DNA from: Eledone cirrhosa
Lineage: Eukaryota
Reading direction: 5' to 3'
Length of the DNA stretch: 64,000 nt
Assembly: GCA_964016885.1 (NCBI GenBank)
Contig: OZ024743.1
Coordinates: 313,038,001-313,102,000 of the forward strand
Shown one piece after another: positions 38,054-51,679 of the stretch. The notes beneath the pieces were generated by a model. That model did no database searches and was not told where the DNA came from. It saw only the letters and a list, made by a program, of their open reading frames with translations. The position numbers and the translations under genes were made by a program. Numbering within the stretch: position 1 is the first letter of the stretch; every line of letters starts with the position of its first letter.

Positions 38054-38579
38054 TGTATATATAATGTATTTTGCAATACACTTTATGCTTAATTAAAAGC
38101 ATTTTGAAGACCGTAAGCTATTGTTTTAAAGTAGTGACAAATTCACTCACTTCGATCTCAGCAAACAGGAGGAGATAAGCCGACATGACATGTTTCGCTT
38201 TTGTTGAAGCTTATATATACATTCATATATATATATTGCTATTTCAGAGCTACAATTCTAATTTTTAATTTCTGCCTGACCAACAACCGCTCTGCATAAT
38301 CAGCTCCTGATTATTTACTAGATTTCTATAAGAATATAACATCATTGATCTCAGTAGACGGGCGTGGTAGTTGGCCTTGATAAGCTTCAACAAAAGCGAA
38401 ACATGTCATGTCGGCTTATCTCCTCCTGTTTGCTGAGATCGAAGTGAGTGAATTTGTCACTACTTTAAAACAATAGCTTACGGTCTTCAAAATGCTTTTA
38501 ATTAAGCATAAAGTGTATTGCAAAATACATTATATATACATTCATATATATATTGCTATTTCAGAGCTACAATTCTAAT
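38041..38579 (+). mobile_element. Retrozyme-like unit of about 320 bp with terminal redundancy and inverted 5' copy
   Basis: 174-bp inverted arms 38041-38214 and 38380-38553; direct repeat 38211-38262 and 38530-38579; hammerhead at 38373-38416. Confidence 0.75.
38373..38416 (+). ncRNA. Type I hammerhead, U3-A8 variant
   Basis: GGCC UUGAUAA GCUU-CAACAA-AAGC GAAACAUG-U-CAUGUC^GGCU; palindromic stem III, GUC cleavage triplet. Confidence 0.75.
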
Positions 38580-38913
38580 ATATATGTATATATATATATA
38601 CATATATATATATAGGTCTGAACATTGTGGAATCAAATTCCCATTGTTACTGCCTCCGTCTCTCTCACTCTCCCCTTCTTTCACTATTATAAGTAAACGG
38701 GGCCCACGCGCTGGCGGCCCCGGCAGACAGAATAGAAAGGCGTTTCCCCGGAGGATGGTGAGCGAGACGAGAATGAAGAAACAAATTCTGAGCTGCGTTG
38801 TCACTAAACTTTAGTTATGATCCAAAATCTATGGGGTCGTGTTTACAATCCTGTCGACAGACAAACCATCACGTGGATGTTTAGCGTTCTACAATATGTA
38901 CCCTTCTTCCAGT

Positions 38914-38953
<40 letters not shown>

Positions 38954-39191
38954 CTTTCTTTATTAACCACAAGGGTTTACATAAAGTGGACAGTACAGGA
39001 CAACACAGGACGGTACAAATGGGCATTTCTGCGTGTAAAAAACAAAAAAACAGAGGATGTAACAAAAAAATAATGAAAAATTCCCCAATAGGAGGGAGAC
39101 TTCCGAGGGACATTTGTGGAGAAAGCCCATTAAAAACCACAGTGCCCTCTCCCAGTTTTCCACCTTTAATTTACAGACACATACTCAGAGT
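38914..39191 (-). mobile_element. 5'-truncated 3' end of the L1/Tx1-like family with (ATT)n tail
   Basis: Homologous to 42694-42993 (atgctttctttatt..cac, ccgaggg, catactcagag). Confidence 0.8.
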
Positions 39192-39211
39192 AGTAATAAT
39201 AATAATAATAT

Positions 39212-42200
39212 ATGTCGAACCTAAACAGTTCGAATAACGGTGAAGAGGAAACTGGAACGTTATGTGACAGACTCTCACCCAGCAGGTGCTCCCTGGCCCA
39301 GCAGCAGGGACCTGGCTGTCATCCAAATACTGCTGGTGTTGAAAGAAGAAGAAGAAGGAAAGGGACCAGAACCAACTGGACGAAATAATTGAATAGAACT
39401 GTTATGCAATGTTACCTGAAGAGTAACCCCAAGGAAAAAAGGCTATAGGAAACGGATGCATAACATCTGGAACGAGATTGGTCTATTTAAATTAGATGAA
39501 CAAAAATGGGCCGGGCAGGCTCGGGTAATAAGAACTAATGGATGGATAAGCGAGCTGGAACTGGAGGAACTGAGCAGAGAGATTAGGTTGGAAATGGAGA
39601 GTGGAGTATGCCAGGCAAACGAGCCAGTGGGAAATGAAGGTGAAGAGGTTGAGAGAACGGAGGAAGCATCCGAAGCAGACAATGATCTGAATGCTGAAAT
39701 AAATAACACCTGGAACAAAGATACGGCCATTGAGGAAATGAATGCTGACGAGCTAGGACAAGATTTGGTTGATATCCTAAACTTAGTGGTAGATGAAATG
39801 AACAATGATAGTGGGAAACCTATGAACCTAAGATTTGTAGACAGGAAAAAGTTAAAAGAAACAACAGCTAAGGTAAACAAAGTCATCCCATACCTTGAGG
39901 CGAGGAACCTTCACCAATGCAACAATATCCTCAAAGCAACAGCAAATGCGGTGAGGAAATTACTTGGCATAAAAACGAGAGGAAAGAACAAACAAGAAAG
40001 ATCAGAACCTTGGTAGAAGAAACGCTTGAATGGTCAAATCAGGGAAATGAGAAATGACATTGGAAAGCTTGAGTCCCTACTCAATGGGACACTACAAAAC
40101 ATAGAGACTAAAAATAGACTGGAAATAAAGTACAAAACTAGGAGGAAAAAGCTAAATATTATCATAGAGGAACTGAAGCAACGCATTGAAGCAAAGAGTG
40201 CAAAGATTAGGCGATACGAGAGCAGAGTCAGTCAGTATAGACAGAACCGCATGTTTGACAACAACCTGAAGATGTTGTTTGGACAGCTTGAAGGGAAAGA
40301 AAGAGGCAACGACTTGATCCCTGAGGCGGAACAGACTAAGACATTCTGGAGAGGAATATGGGAGCAGGCAGTGTGGATTGAGACAGTACAAAAGGAGATT
40401 AGTGAACAGGCACACCAACAAACTGATTTAAGTATCACAGTTGAAACTCTTAAAGGGCAGGCCAAAAAACTAACCAACTGGAAATCACCAGGCCCAGATG
40501 GTGTGCAGGGGTATTGGATTAAACATTTAACATCCCTCCACCCGAAACTGACAACCATGTTCAATGACTGCTTGATGTCAGGTGAGGTACCAGAGTGGTT
40601 GACAAAAGGTACCACAGTTCTGGTAATGAAAGACCGAATCAAGGGTAATGATGTTACCAACTACAGACCTATCACATGTCTGTCCGTAATGTGGAAACTG
40701 TTAACAAGCATTGTGTCTGAGGAAATCTACCATCATCTCCACATAAACAACTTGTTACCGGACGAACAGAAAGGATGCCGAAAGAAGTCCCGTGGTACAA
40801 AAGACCAGGTACTTATTGATAACATAGTAATGAGGAATTGCAAGAGGAGACACACTGGTCTTGCCATTGGATGGATAGACTACAAAAAGGCATTCGACAT
40901 GGTACCTCATTCTTGGATAACAAAAAGCCTAGAGATCTTCAAGGTGGCAGATAACATCAGACAGTTGTTGAGCAAAAGTATGAAGTCCTGGAAAACAGAG
41001 TTAACATCTAGTGGAGAATCCTTGAGAGACGTGAAGATCAAGAGAGGTATCTTCCAGGGAGATAATTTGTCCTCTCTGTTGTTTGTCCTTGCCGTGATGC
41101 CCCCGACCATTATACTGCGAAAAGTGAGAGCAGGATACAAGTTGGGAAAAGGAGAGCTTACCATTAATCACCTCCTCTTCGTGGACGATCTTAAGCTCTT
41201 CCGGAAGCGTGAGAAGGAGTTGGATGTGCTTGTTGACACTCCGTATTTTCAGCAATGATATATGTATGGAATTTGGTATTAGTAAGTGTGGAGTCCTAGT
41301 GATGAAGAGGGGTAAATTGAGCAGAAGCAACGGAATCCAGGTACCCACAGGTGAGATGATAAAGGAAATTGACACTGCTGAAGGATACAAATATTTAGAT
41401 GTTCTGGAGGCAGATGACATCAAGAACAAAAAAATGAAGGAATTGATAAGATCTGAGTCCATTCGGAGAGTAAGGAGCGTATTAAAATCACATCTGAACA
41501 GTAGGAATGCCATAAGTGCAGTAATTCCCGAGCTGTGTCTATTATTAGGTACAGTGCGGGAATTCTGAAATGGAATGTTGTTGAACAAAAAGAAATGGAT
41601 AGGAAGACTAGGAAGCTATTGACTATCTACAACATGTTCCACAAGAGGAGTGATGTCGATAGACTCTACTTAAGGAGATCTGAAGGTGGAAGAGGTCTTA
41701 TCAGCATAGAGGACTGTGTTCAGATGGAGAAAAACAACCTACACAAATACGTGACTGACAGTAGGGAGCCAATGCTCAGAATTGTACTGAAGGAGAGGAC
41801 AATAGACCATGGGATGTCCAAGGAGAAAATAACAACAAGGAGGGAGAGCAACCTTCATGAAAAATACCTTCATAGTACCTTCTTTGAGAAAACTGAACTT
41901 AGAGATCCACAGACATGGAACTGGTTGAAAAGAGGAGACCTTAAAAAGGCTACAGAAGGAATGCTAATGGCTGCGCAAGAGCAGGCCCTCAAAACGAAGT
42001 GGGTGAAACACCATATTTACAAGGAGGAGGCTAGCCCACTGTGTAGGATCTGTGGAGAGAGAGAGAGGAGACTGTGGCTCACATTGTATCCGAGTGTAAA
42101 CACCTAGCACAGACTCACTATAAAGACTGGAGACATGATGTGATGGGCAGGGTGATCCACTGGCACCTATGCAAAGTAAACAATTTACCACATTCTGAGA

Positions 42201-42693
42201 AGTGGTATGAGCATAAGCCAGAGTCGGTGATAGAAAACGATCAGGTGAAGGTGCTGTGGGATTTTAGGATACAGACGGACAAGAAACTGAAACACAATAG
42301 ACCTGACCTGGTAGTTTTGGACAAGGAAAAAGGATCGTGCCTCATTGGGGATGTGGCCTGCCCATTCGACACGAGAGTGCAAGGGAAGGAGAGGGAGAAA
42401 ATTAACCGATACCAGGACTTAAAGTGGGAGGTAAAAAGGATTTGGAACTGTCATGAAGTCAAAGTGGTCCCGATTGTCATAGGCGCACTAGGTACTATCT
42501 CACAGGGTTTCCACGGATGGTTAAAGAAAATTAGTCCAGCTCCGCTTTTTGGAACACTTCAAAAGGCATGCTTGCTGGGAACAGCAAGAAGTTTCCGATA
42601 CGTCCTGAATATCTGAGGCTGCAAGTAGTGGCTTGATATTCAATTCAACAATCTTTCCAGTTAAATAACATCAATGACTGAGACTCAAAGAAC
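39212..42693 (+). mobile_element. R4/Dong-type non-LTR retrotransposon (RT plus RLE), near full length, inactivated
   Basis: WKSPGPDGVQGYWIK, NYRPITCL, IDYKKAFDMVPH, GIFQGD, LLFVDDLKLF, CRIC..HIVSEC, RHD, RPDL..DVACP..EKINRY. Stops at about 39386 and 40014; frameshifts at about 39440, 41240, 41530 and 42070; (TAA)n on both sides. Confidence 0.92.
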
Positions 42694-45600
42694 AATAATA
42701 ATAATAATGCTTTCTTTATTGGCCACAACGGCTAACACGAAGAAAAACATTAGAGACGGCACAGAACAGTACAGGACGATACAATGTGGGTTTTGGTCGT
42801 GTAAACAGGTTATAACAAAATCGGGCTAGAAATCAAAAAAATTCAAACAACATAAATTCCCCAAAAAGGGGGAAACCTCCGAGGGTCACTCGTGGCGAAA
42901 ACCACACAAAAAATACCACGGCCAGCCTGACCACCAGGGAAAGCGCCCTCTCTCTATTTTCCCACTCCTCAGTCTACAGCCGCATACTCAGAGCGGACCC
43001 GTTCACTCGGACCAGACTCGCCACTTTCACGCACCTTTCAACAAACTTACTAGATGTCAGCACTTGCCTCGCCACCCTGATTTTCCTCTTCAAGTGAAAC
43101 TTGAAAAAGTTAATCAGGGATTGGCTGAAGAGGAAAGTGTCCGTCTTCAACCCTTTCAACCTTGTCCACCACACAATCTCTTTCGCCATGGCCACCAGGC
43201 GGATGAAAACTGCCTGCCCTTCCTCCTCTTTAACGGAGGATGGCGGGGCTATCTGCACAATGGACTCAGTCAATAACCGGATCCGTCCTACACGCGACAG
43301 CAGCTGTTCGACATTACCCCACAAGTCAGCAATCCTCGGACACTGAACGAGTGCGTGCAAGACGGTTTCATCGCTCTGCGCGCATCTCGGACAGGCTCGG
43401 TTAATAGCACCCCCGTGCCTGTAGAGCTTATCCCGAACCGGCAACGCTCCCACGTAGCACTGCCAGGGATTTCTGGAAGTTGTCCATAGGCCCCGGTCTG
43501 AAAGTTCTCTTGAAGAGTGCGAACAGCTGATCGTCTTCGACGCCCAGGGTTTCCCCGAGAACGTCGTCGCTCTTTCCCTCCACTAGCCCTCTATAGAACG
43601 CCGAGGTGGATGTTCCACCGATAATAGTGCCCAGCTGGTAGAGGGTGGTGAGCGCTTGGAGACATTCCAGCTTCCAAGCGCTATCCCTCGGACTTTTCCT
43701 GATCCAGGACTGCAGCTCCGTCAAGGAGACGAGCTGGGGAAACGCGCATCTGGCAAACGGCGACCAGACCTGTTCACCATCAAGGAAGCACCAGAGATGT
43801 CGCAGCCTCAGCGCATGTTTGCGCATCATCAGCCACGGCATGCCTAGTCCTCCACGCAACGGGTGTTGACAGCAAATGGATCGTCTGACCTTAGGAGCAC
43901 GTCCCTTCCACAAAAAACGGAAGAGAAGGCGCTCCATTTTGGTCAGAGTTGGGTGGGGGCAAGGTACGACGGTTAGGTGGTAGCAGATGACGGACGCTAT
44001 GTACACATTCGCCACTTCCGCCCAACCTTTCAGAGACAGCCTCCTCTCGGCCCATTTCTTGGTGAGAGAGGCCACCCTGCTCGTCACCTCCCTCCGGTTT
44101 TTCTCCATCTGGAGGGCCGGACCGAACCAGACCCCGTGCAATTTAACCGGTCCTTCTGTCCAGCGCACCACGACGCTGTCGGATGGCATGGACTTGCCTC
44201 TCCAGGTGCCGAGTTGCAAGCCCACCGACTTTTCCTGGTTTATCTTTGTTCCTGTCACCGCTTCGTATTCCTTGAGAGTGGTGCCGAGCATCTGGACGTG
44301 TTTGGTGCTCGACACCACCACGGTGACGTCGTCGGCGTAAGGTGACACGGATCTCCCGCATCCCAGTTCGCGTGTGACCCCCCTCATCGTCTCCAATTTG
44401 TGCAGTAACGGTTCGAGGGCGAGTACGTACAAAAGGGACGAGAGGGGGCAACCCTGGCGAATCGAGCACATGATGCTGAAAGGCTGCGACAGGTGACCAT
44501 TCACCCCCACAATCGAGTAGATGTGACTGTGCATCGTAGCGATCAAGCCCCTAAAAACGGGCCCGAAGCTGACTGTCTCGATAACCGCAGCCAGGTACCG
44601 ATGGTCGACCCTATCAAATGCTTTAGATAGATCCAAGTTGATCAGAGCCCCACCCGTGTCAGATTCCTTATCAACCCTCTCTATGATGCATCGCATGAGA
44701 TGGAGGTTGTCGTGGATGGATCTGTCTGGAATGGCGCATGTCTGCGCCTCTTCCACCAGATCCCCGACGACAAGCGCCAATCTCTTTGCTAACACCTTGG
44801 CCAAAATCTTAAACTCTGCCTTCAGCAGAGTTATGAGCTTGAAGTTGTCTATAACGCCCCCCCCCCCCCCCCTGTTCGGTCTTTTCTCAACAGCGCCACC
44901 GCTTCCCGGCTCACAAAACTGGGAATGCTCCCGTTCTGCTGCCAGTTGCAGTAGGCATCTGCCAAGAGGTCACCGAACAAATCTGGCATATACGCATTAA
45001 GCTCGTAGGGCAGACCATCCAAAGTTGGCGATTTACCCCTCGTGCAGTCAGACATCGCTTCCCGTATTTCACCTGCTGTTATCGGCTTTCGCAGCACTGC
45101 GCTGCGGTCGTCGAGAGCCGCGGCAGTCCGTCGAGGTATGCACCGAAGTCCATACTCCGACCCGGCCCGCTTCCGCTCCCGTACAATTGAGCAAAGTGCT
45201 GTTGAAAAGCCGCACACATGCACCCGTTTTGATCAGGCAAAGACTGAATTGTGGACTTATTGCCACGTCGCGCCTCCACCTTCCCGGGACCATTCAACGG
45301 CTTTCATCCCCTCGTGTCTTAGAGCACGCGCTCTAGCTCTGACAACGCAGCCTTCATGCTTTGCGCTGATGAATTGTTCGAGTGCCAATGTCGCTGCAAA
45401 CACGTCGTTTGCGATGCCTGTCCTAAACGCCTCTTCTAGCTTTCTAACTAACTCCCCCTCTACTCTATTTTCCTCTATCACTACTCCTTTGCTAAACCTT
45501 ATCGATTCTACTCTAATAGCCCTTTTCAGGGTAAACCACCACCTGTTATTGACGATCGCACCCGTCAAAGCACGCTTAACTAATTCGCTTATCCGGTCTC

Positions 45601-47075
45601 TGTAAACTTTGCGCGCTGGGAACGACGCGTTCAGCTTCCAGTAACCGAGCCCTTATCTATGGAGTCTATCTAAGTCATCTTCACATATCACAAATTTGTG
45701 GTCCGTGTAGTTGACTACTTTAAATTGTGGACAACCTACACTAGACTTATCTGTTTCCCTACAGAATACTCTATCTAAATACGATCTGGATGACCCGATG
45801 CGGTTTGCCCATGTCCACAGTGGCACATTCGGATAATCCAGTCTATACCTGTCAGACAGTTCAAAACGTCTGAGCAGGTTGTTGAGGCTTTTACACCCTC
45901 CTCCTCTGTCTACTAACCCCACATAATCCCAGCGTGCATCTAAGATACCGTTCCAGTCGCCTACTAACACTAAAGAGCAGGACGTTCCAAGAAAGGTCTC
46001 TAGACGTCTGAAGAAATCTGGCCGTCCTGCCCCTGTTGGGACGTAGACGGGCCTGCAAGCATTGCCTTCGCTGCCGGTCACGTCCAGCACCACCGACTTA
46101 CCTTCTGGGTCCAGGAAGATGGCCCGTATGGCGAGATCCAAACCTCTTCGAAAAAGCACAGCAACCCCCCCCCCCCCCGATCCCGGACGACTGGGAGATG
46201 CGTATACATCGTAGCCGCCGAAGATCGGTGCAAAGGCTCGTGCTTCGGAGATTCTGGTCTCGCTGATGGCCACCACATCTATGTTTAGTGACCTGAGGTC
46301 GTTCAGCAGGTGACCCTGCTTCCAAGATGACCCCAGGCCACGTACATTTATACTGCCTATTCTAAGTACGGCCATGCTGGATGAGGAAACGGGATAAGTA
46401 AGAAAGGATCACTTACCTTGATCGTGTGGGGAAGGGACGGTAGAACCATCCCTTTGGCTGGTCATGGGTGTCTCCAAGATGATATCGATATATATTCTTT
46501 TGGAGAGTGACCCCCTGAAATCTCCAACTGCGTTGGGGAATTTTTGCTTTAATTGTTTATAGTCTTCCAGTTTAATTTCGACAATTGTAATGTTTTTGGG
46601 TAATGTCCTTGGAGTTGGTGGGGTGTGGTAATTTGAGTCTGTAATGTCTGTGTGTTGTTTTATATGTTCCATTAATCCTTTGTGTGTGATATTTATGGCT
46701 GTGTACTTTTTTTGGGGGTGGGGTGGGGTGGGGGGAGGGGAGGAGTGGTGTTGTTGATTTTTTTGCTGTTTTCTTGTTGTTGCTGTTGGGTGTGTGTGTT
46801 TTGTTGAGTTTGCGATGTTGGTGATGCTGGTGGTGGTGTGGTTGTTGTTGGTGGTGATGCTTGTGGTGGTGATGGTGATGGTGGTGGTGTTGCTGCAAGT
46901 CTCCTTGCAGTTTTTATCCCTCTTTCTTTGCCTTCGCTTTTGGAGGGAGAAGCTGTGGTGTTTTTCCGTTTGTTCTTTTTGTTGACAACCGTTTTCCACT
47001 CCTCAGCCGCCTCATACTCCATGTCCGACTGTGGGAGGTCCGGGAGGGGTATGAGTTCTACCCTCTCATTTATCT

Positions 47076-47107
<32 letters not shown>

Positions 47108-48187
47108 GGTGGTGGAGCCTGGTCTGTCGTTCTTGGCACAGGTGCAGCTAGTGCAACTGTTTCTGTTGCTGCAGCTGCCTCTGCTGATTTTGTTGTCTGT
47201 GACTTTGATGTGGGTGTCACGGACGTTGTCCTCCTACTCTCTGTAGATGCTACCGACTTTTTCGCTGACTGCTCAGTTTCTGATGGCCGCGGGTCCGGCG
47301 TTGGAAGGAGGGTGACCTTGGCCTTTGTTATTTTCTGTGCACAGAAAGCCCTGAGGTGAAACTTCGATCCACAGTTGAAGCACTTTGGGCGCCTTCCTTC
47401 AACAGATATGGGAAGTTGGGAGCCATTCCCGAGGTTTATTACGTCGGGAATAGCGCTGATGCAGTCTTGGTCGGTTTGGATGAGCATCTCCATTCCAATA
47501 CCGGACCAGTCCTCTCTCTTCAACTTGTGTACCTGCAGAATGGTTGTTCTATCGTCGATGCCCGCAAGAACAGACACGGCCAGCCAAGACACGGGTATGT
47601 AGGGCGGGACCTGGGTTACCCCGACCGTTGCAATTTTTTTTACCGCAGTAAAACGGGTCTAACGTTATGTCATCACTCAGTAGGGTCCTCAGTGAGTGCG
47701 ATTTTGCTTCCTGGGTGGTAGCAAAAAGGACGTCCACAGTAGCATATTTCTTGCCACGGGTAATGTGGGTTTTCCGTTCCCACACAGTTCCCAAGGCCCT
47801 CTGGATTTGGGCCTCCGAGGCTATCTGCACACGACGCGATTTCGTGGCAATCGTGCGGTACGACAGTGTGCGTCGCCCTTGCTACTCCAGGAAGTCGGTT
47901 GGTGGTTTCAAGGACACTGACAATTCAGTTCTCGTTACCATGTGTCTTGCGACCGCCATCTCCTCCTCTGTGATCATTGTTTCTATGTTGCGAGTTATTT
48001 TTGCAAAAGAGTTGGTCTCTTTTTCAGTGGCGTCATTGTTGCCGCCGCTACTGCTGCTACTGGTCTTGTTGTTGTTGGTGCTGTTGTTGTTGCCACTGCT
48101 ACAAACGGTGTTGTTGGTGTTGCTGCTGCTGCTATTGCTACCACATGTGTTATTGTTAATACTGATGCTGCTGCTACTACTGCTACC
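42694..48187 (-). mobile_element. L1/Tx1-clade non-LTR retrotransposon, near full length, inactivated
   Basis: ORF1 about 48190-46409 with CFNCGSKFHLRAFC knuckle. ORF2 46375-42974: APE (SINVRGL, GDWN, SYLDRV, TDH), RT (LDLSKAFDRV, IRQGCPLS, YADD), C-terminal CPRC..ETVLHALVQC. AATAAA plus (ATT)n tail. Confidence 0.92.
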
Positions 48188-48730
48188 ACAAGGCCAGCCA
48201 TTATCCCAGTGTATTACTGGTACTTTATTTTATCGACCCCGTAAGGATGAAAGGCAAAGTTAACCTCGGCGGGATTTGAATTCAGAATGGCAAGGGCCTA
48301 ACTCTATGCGTCAAAGCATGGCGTCCGACCCTCTACCGAATAATAATAATAATAATTGTTTCTACTTTAGGCACAAGGCCAGCAATTACCCAGTGCATTA
48401 CTGGTACTTTATTTTATCGACACCGTAAGGATGAAAGGCAAAGTCAACCTCGGCGGGATTTGAACTCAGATCGTAAAGGGACGTAACTATGCTGGAAAGC
48501 ATGGCATCCGACCCTCCACCGATACTGCCAATCCACCGCCCTTGTAATTGTTTCTACTTTAGGCACAAGGCCAGCAATTACCCAGTACATTACTGGTACT
48601 TTATTTTATCGACCCCGTAAGGATGAAAGGCAAAGTTAACCTTGGCGGGATTTGAACTCAGATCGTAAAGGGACATAACTCTATGCTTCAAAGCATGGTG
48701 TCCGACTCTACCGATACTGCCAATCCACCA
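48187..48730 (-). mobile_element. Three head-to-tail tRNA-derived SINE copies
   Basis: Units of about 190 bp: ttgtttctactttaggcacaaggccagc...ggcgggatttgaactcag. Confidence 0.85.
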
Positions 48731-49269
48731 AAAATTATTGTGAACAGTGCTCAGGTGCCCTACAACTCATCAAATGTACATTTATAGTAATAGAATAATG
48801 TACAAATGTCAGGAAAGTGAACAGTATATGAGTCATGATATACACACAGATACATGCATACATGTGCATGGAGGGGGAATATCAGGTGCAGTGTTGGTGA
48901 ATTTCGGGAAACATGGAAGAGGTAAATTCTAATTCAATGAGAGATTTTTTATTTATATTGCTCAGTACATTCCCACCTGACTAAACTTTCTAAATCCATG
49001 CCATTGGCTTACCTAGGTTATTTACCTTAGTTTATTTTGCTTCCCCCTATAAAATAACTTCAACTTACAGGCTGGTAAGCGAACGAACCTAATTTAAAAC
49101 ACTTTTTGCTAGTACTTAGTCCAAGCTCATCCACTCCAAATCATACAACCATACAGTTCATAACTCAACACGACCCTCACCACCGCTTCGGATATCTTTA
49201 CAACACTACTGCGCGGCAAAGGTATTTAGTGATTGTTGAAAATTGATTAAATATTTAATTTAATTATAC

Positions 49270-49575
49270 AAATTCGTATAAAACAACACAGCTCTCATGA
49301 CTTTCGGAAACATTTTTTCACGCTCAGAGTTGCTGAAGCAGGGAACAAACTACCTGCATCAGTTGTTAGCTGTCGAGACACTGCATCCTTTAAAACCTCC
49401 ATGCTTTCTGAAATTCACCAACACTACACCTGATATACACACGCACACATGTACTTCATGACTCGTACACTGTTCATTTTCCTGACATTTTTACATTATT
49501 CTATGTACTATACATGCACCTTTGATGAGTTATAGTGCATCTGAGCACTGTACACAATAATTTCATTATTATTAT
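49270..49575 (+). mobile_element. CR1/L2-type LINE 3' end; inverted 3' UTR fragment at about 48730-48920
   Basis: FRKHFFTLRVAEAGNKLPASVVSCRDTASFK C-terminal motif; (TTA)n tail. Confidence 0.75.
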
Positions 49576-50479
49576 CATTAAAACTATGATCCTTTAACAT
49601 TTAGTAATGAGCCTTATGAGATCTGTATCCTTGACAGCTGCCTAGATGATTTAATGTAGCGCCAACCCTGATATTACATGCACTCAGGTACTGTTGACAT
49701 TCTCGTCTATCCTCCCACCCCCTCATGCTCACTACTAACTACTCATCCTTCATGCTTCTGTCGACCCAAAGCTATGGTAAAGACATTTGCCTAAGATATC
49801 GCATATTGGAATCGAACTTAGGATATCACGATTACGAAGCAAACATCTTAATCATTCAGACATGACTGCGTCATGATTTACACAAGACAGGAATTTAGCG
49901 AATACAGAGATTTGAGTCATAAATAGAATTGTGTGATGGATCTCCACATGTTTCGAGACGACTCTTCCAGTTGTTCGACCAACTGAATAACCTGCACATG
50001 ATATTAATGTGTAAGTGGCTGAGCATTCCACAGACACGTGTGCTTGTAATTCTAGTGAGATTCATCGTGAAACAGAGTGTGAAAAGACTGGCTCTTTGGA
50101 TTACAGATGAAGTTAATCTAATGAAATTCAAAACTGTCTCCGTCTACCCAGTTTTACTCACAATTCATGGGTCTACCCTAAACTGGTAAATAACACTTGC
50201 CTAAGATTCAACGCAGTGAGTTCGAACCCGGGACCTAATGATTGCAAAGAGAAATCCAAGCAGAAGCCACGCAGAAAAGTGGCACGTGCTATAATTAGCT
50301 CACACACACGCACACAACTAACATAACCACACCACTATCTAATCTTTGTTGTTGTTTTTCAATTTTCATTTATAAACACAGTTCATAAACTAAATATAAT
50401 TTTCAAAAGAAATAAATCTATAAAAAGGAGTCAGAAAAGAGAGAAGCCCTACACACTGCTTCAATTACACACTAAGAGG

Positions 50480-50645
50480 AGATTAAATCGACTCCAGTGC
50501 GTTACTGGTACTTTATTTTATCGACATCGACATGAAAATCAAAGCTAACCTCGGTGGGATTTGAAATCGGAACGTAAAGTGCCGTAACTCTGTACCGCGA
50601 AGCATGTTGTCCGATATTCTACTGATACTGTCAATCCACCGCAGA
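50480..50645 (-). mobile_element. tRNA-derived SINE
   Basis: Same family core as 48187-48730. Confidence 0.75.
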
Positions 50646-51679
50646 AGAGTTCAAATTAAAGTATGCAATATTTCACAATTCTAGCTTCACTCCCTCATAG
50701 TCAGCCTATGAACTTTTCCAGCCCACCCTCGTAGTGTTTCCCTTTACAAACAGTAACTCAATCTCCCTATCACCGTAAGTGATAGGGAGGATGAGTTCAT
50801 GGAGCATCCAAGCATATTCCCTTAATTGCACACTGCAACCAGGTATGTTAATGTGGGCCCCGAAATACTTTTGAAGCAGCCCCAAACATTTACAGCATTA
50901 CAATAAGTGAGAGGGAGGTTGAGGTTCTAGAATAGCCAAACGCACCATCATGAACATTACGTGATATTTCTATCCAACCTTAGATAAACAGATTAATCTC
51001 TGATCAGGCTATAACTTATCAGACTATTCTATCTATTGACCCTATCGCGGTGGAGTGATTTTAATGATAAACTAATTACTGCTAATGAAGGTGGCATGTA
51101 GATTGTTGGTTAGGTCGTTCGGTTTACGATCGTAAGGTTGTGAATTCTATTCCAGGTAACAGCTGGTGTCATTGAACAAAGCACTTTATTTTTATAATGT
51201 TCCAACCCACTCAACTGGAAAAAATAATTGCATGTGATTCAATGAGCTAGCTTGTCGCAAACACGTGTCATGCTGAATCTCACTGAGAACTACGTTAATG
51301 GTAGACGTGTGGGTAGAATACTCGGCTTCTTATACTATAATAAGAAATATGAACTGCACCTGTAATTCAAAGATTCAGCCTTGTCACACACACATACACA
51401 CACTGAATCTCCCCTAGAACTACGTTTAGTGTATACGTTTCTGCAAAATGCTCAGTCACTTGCACCATAATACAAAATGAACTGAAACTGCTCAGTGACA
51501 AGTAGGCTGTTTCGTTGATGGTATCAACTGGAATACTAATCGTTGCAAGCGGTGGAGGTCCAACTAAACAATTACTACTACAAGAATTGAGATAATTAAA
51601 TACAGGGCTTTGTCTGACTGTTCCCTTTTTGTGCCCGTTGCCTCAGGGAGGAGAGCATTATGCTTGAGAAAGGGGCAAT

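Noticed and set aside
46572-47359. His-rich and Val/Gly-rich ORFs
   Set aside because: Alternative or antisense frames of the low-complexity part of the Tx1-like ORF1.
39212-48187. Intact, active retrotransposons
   Set aside because: Both large elements carry several in-frame stops or frameshifts in this assembly.
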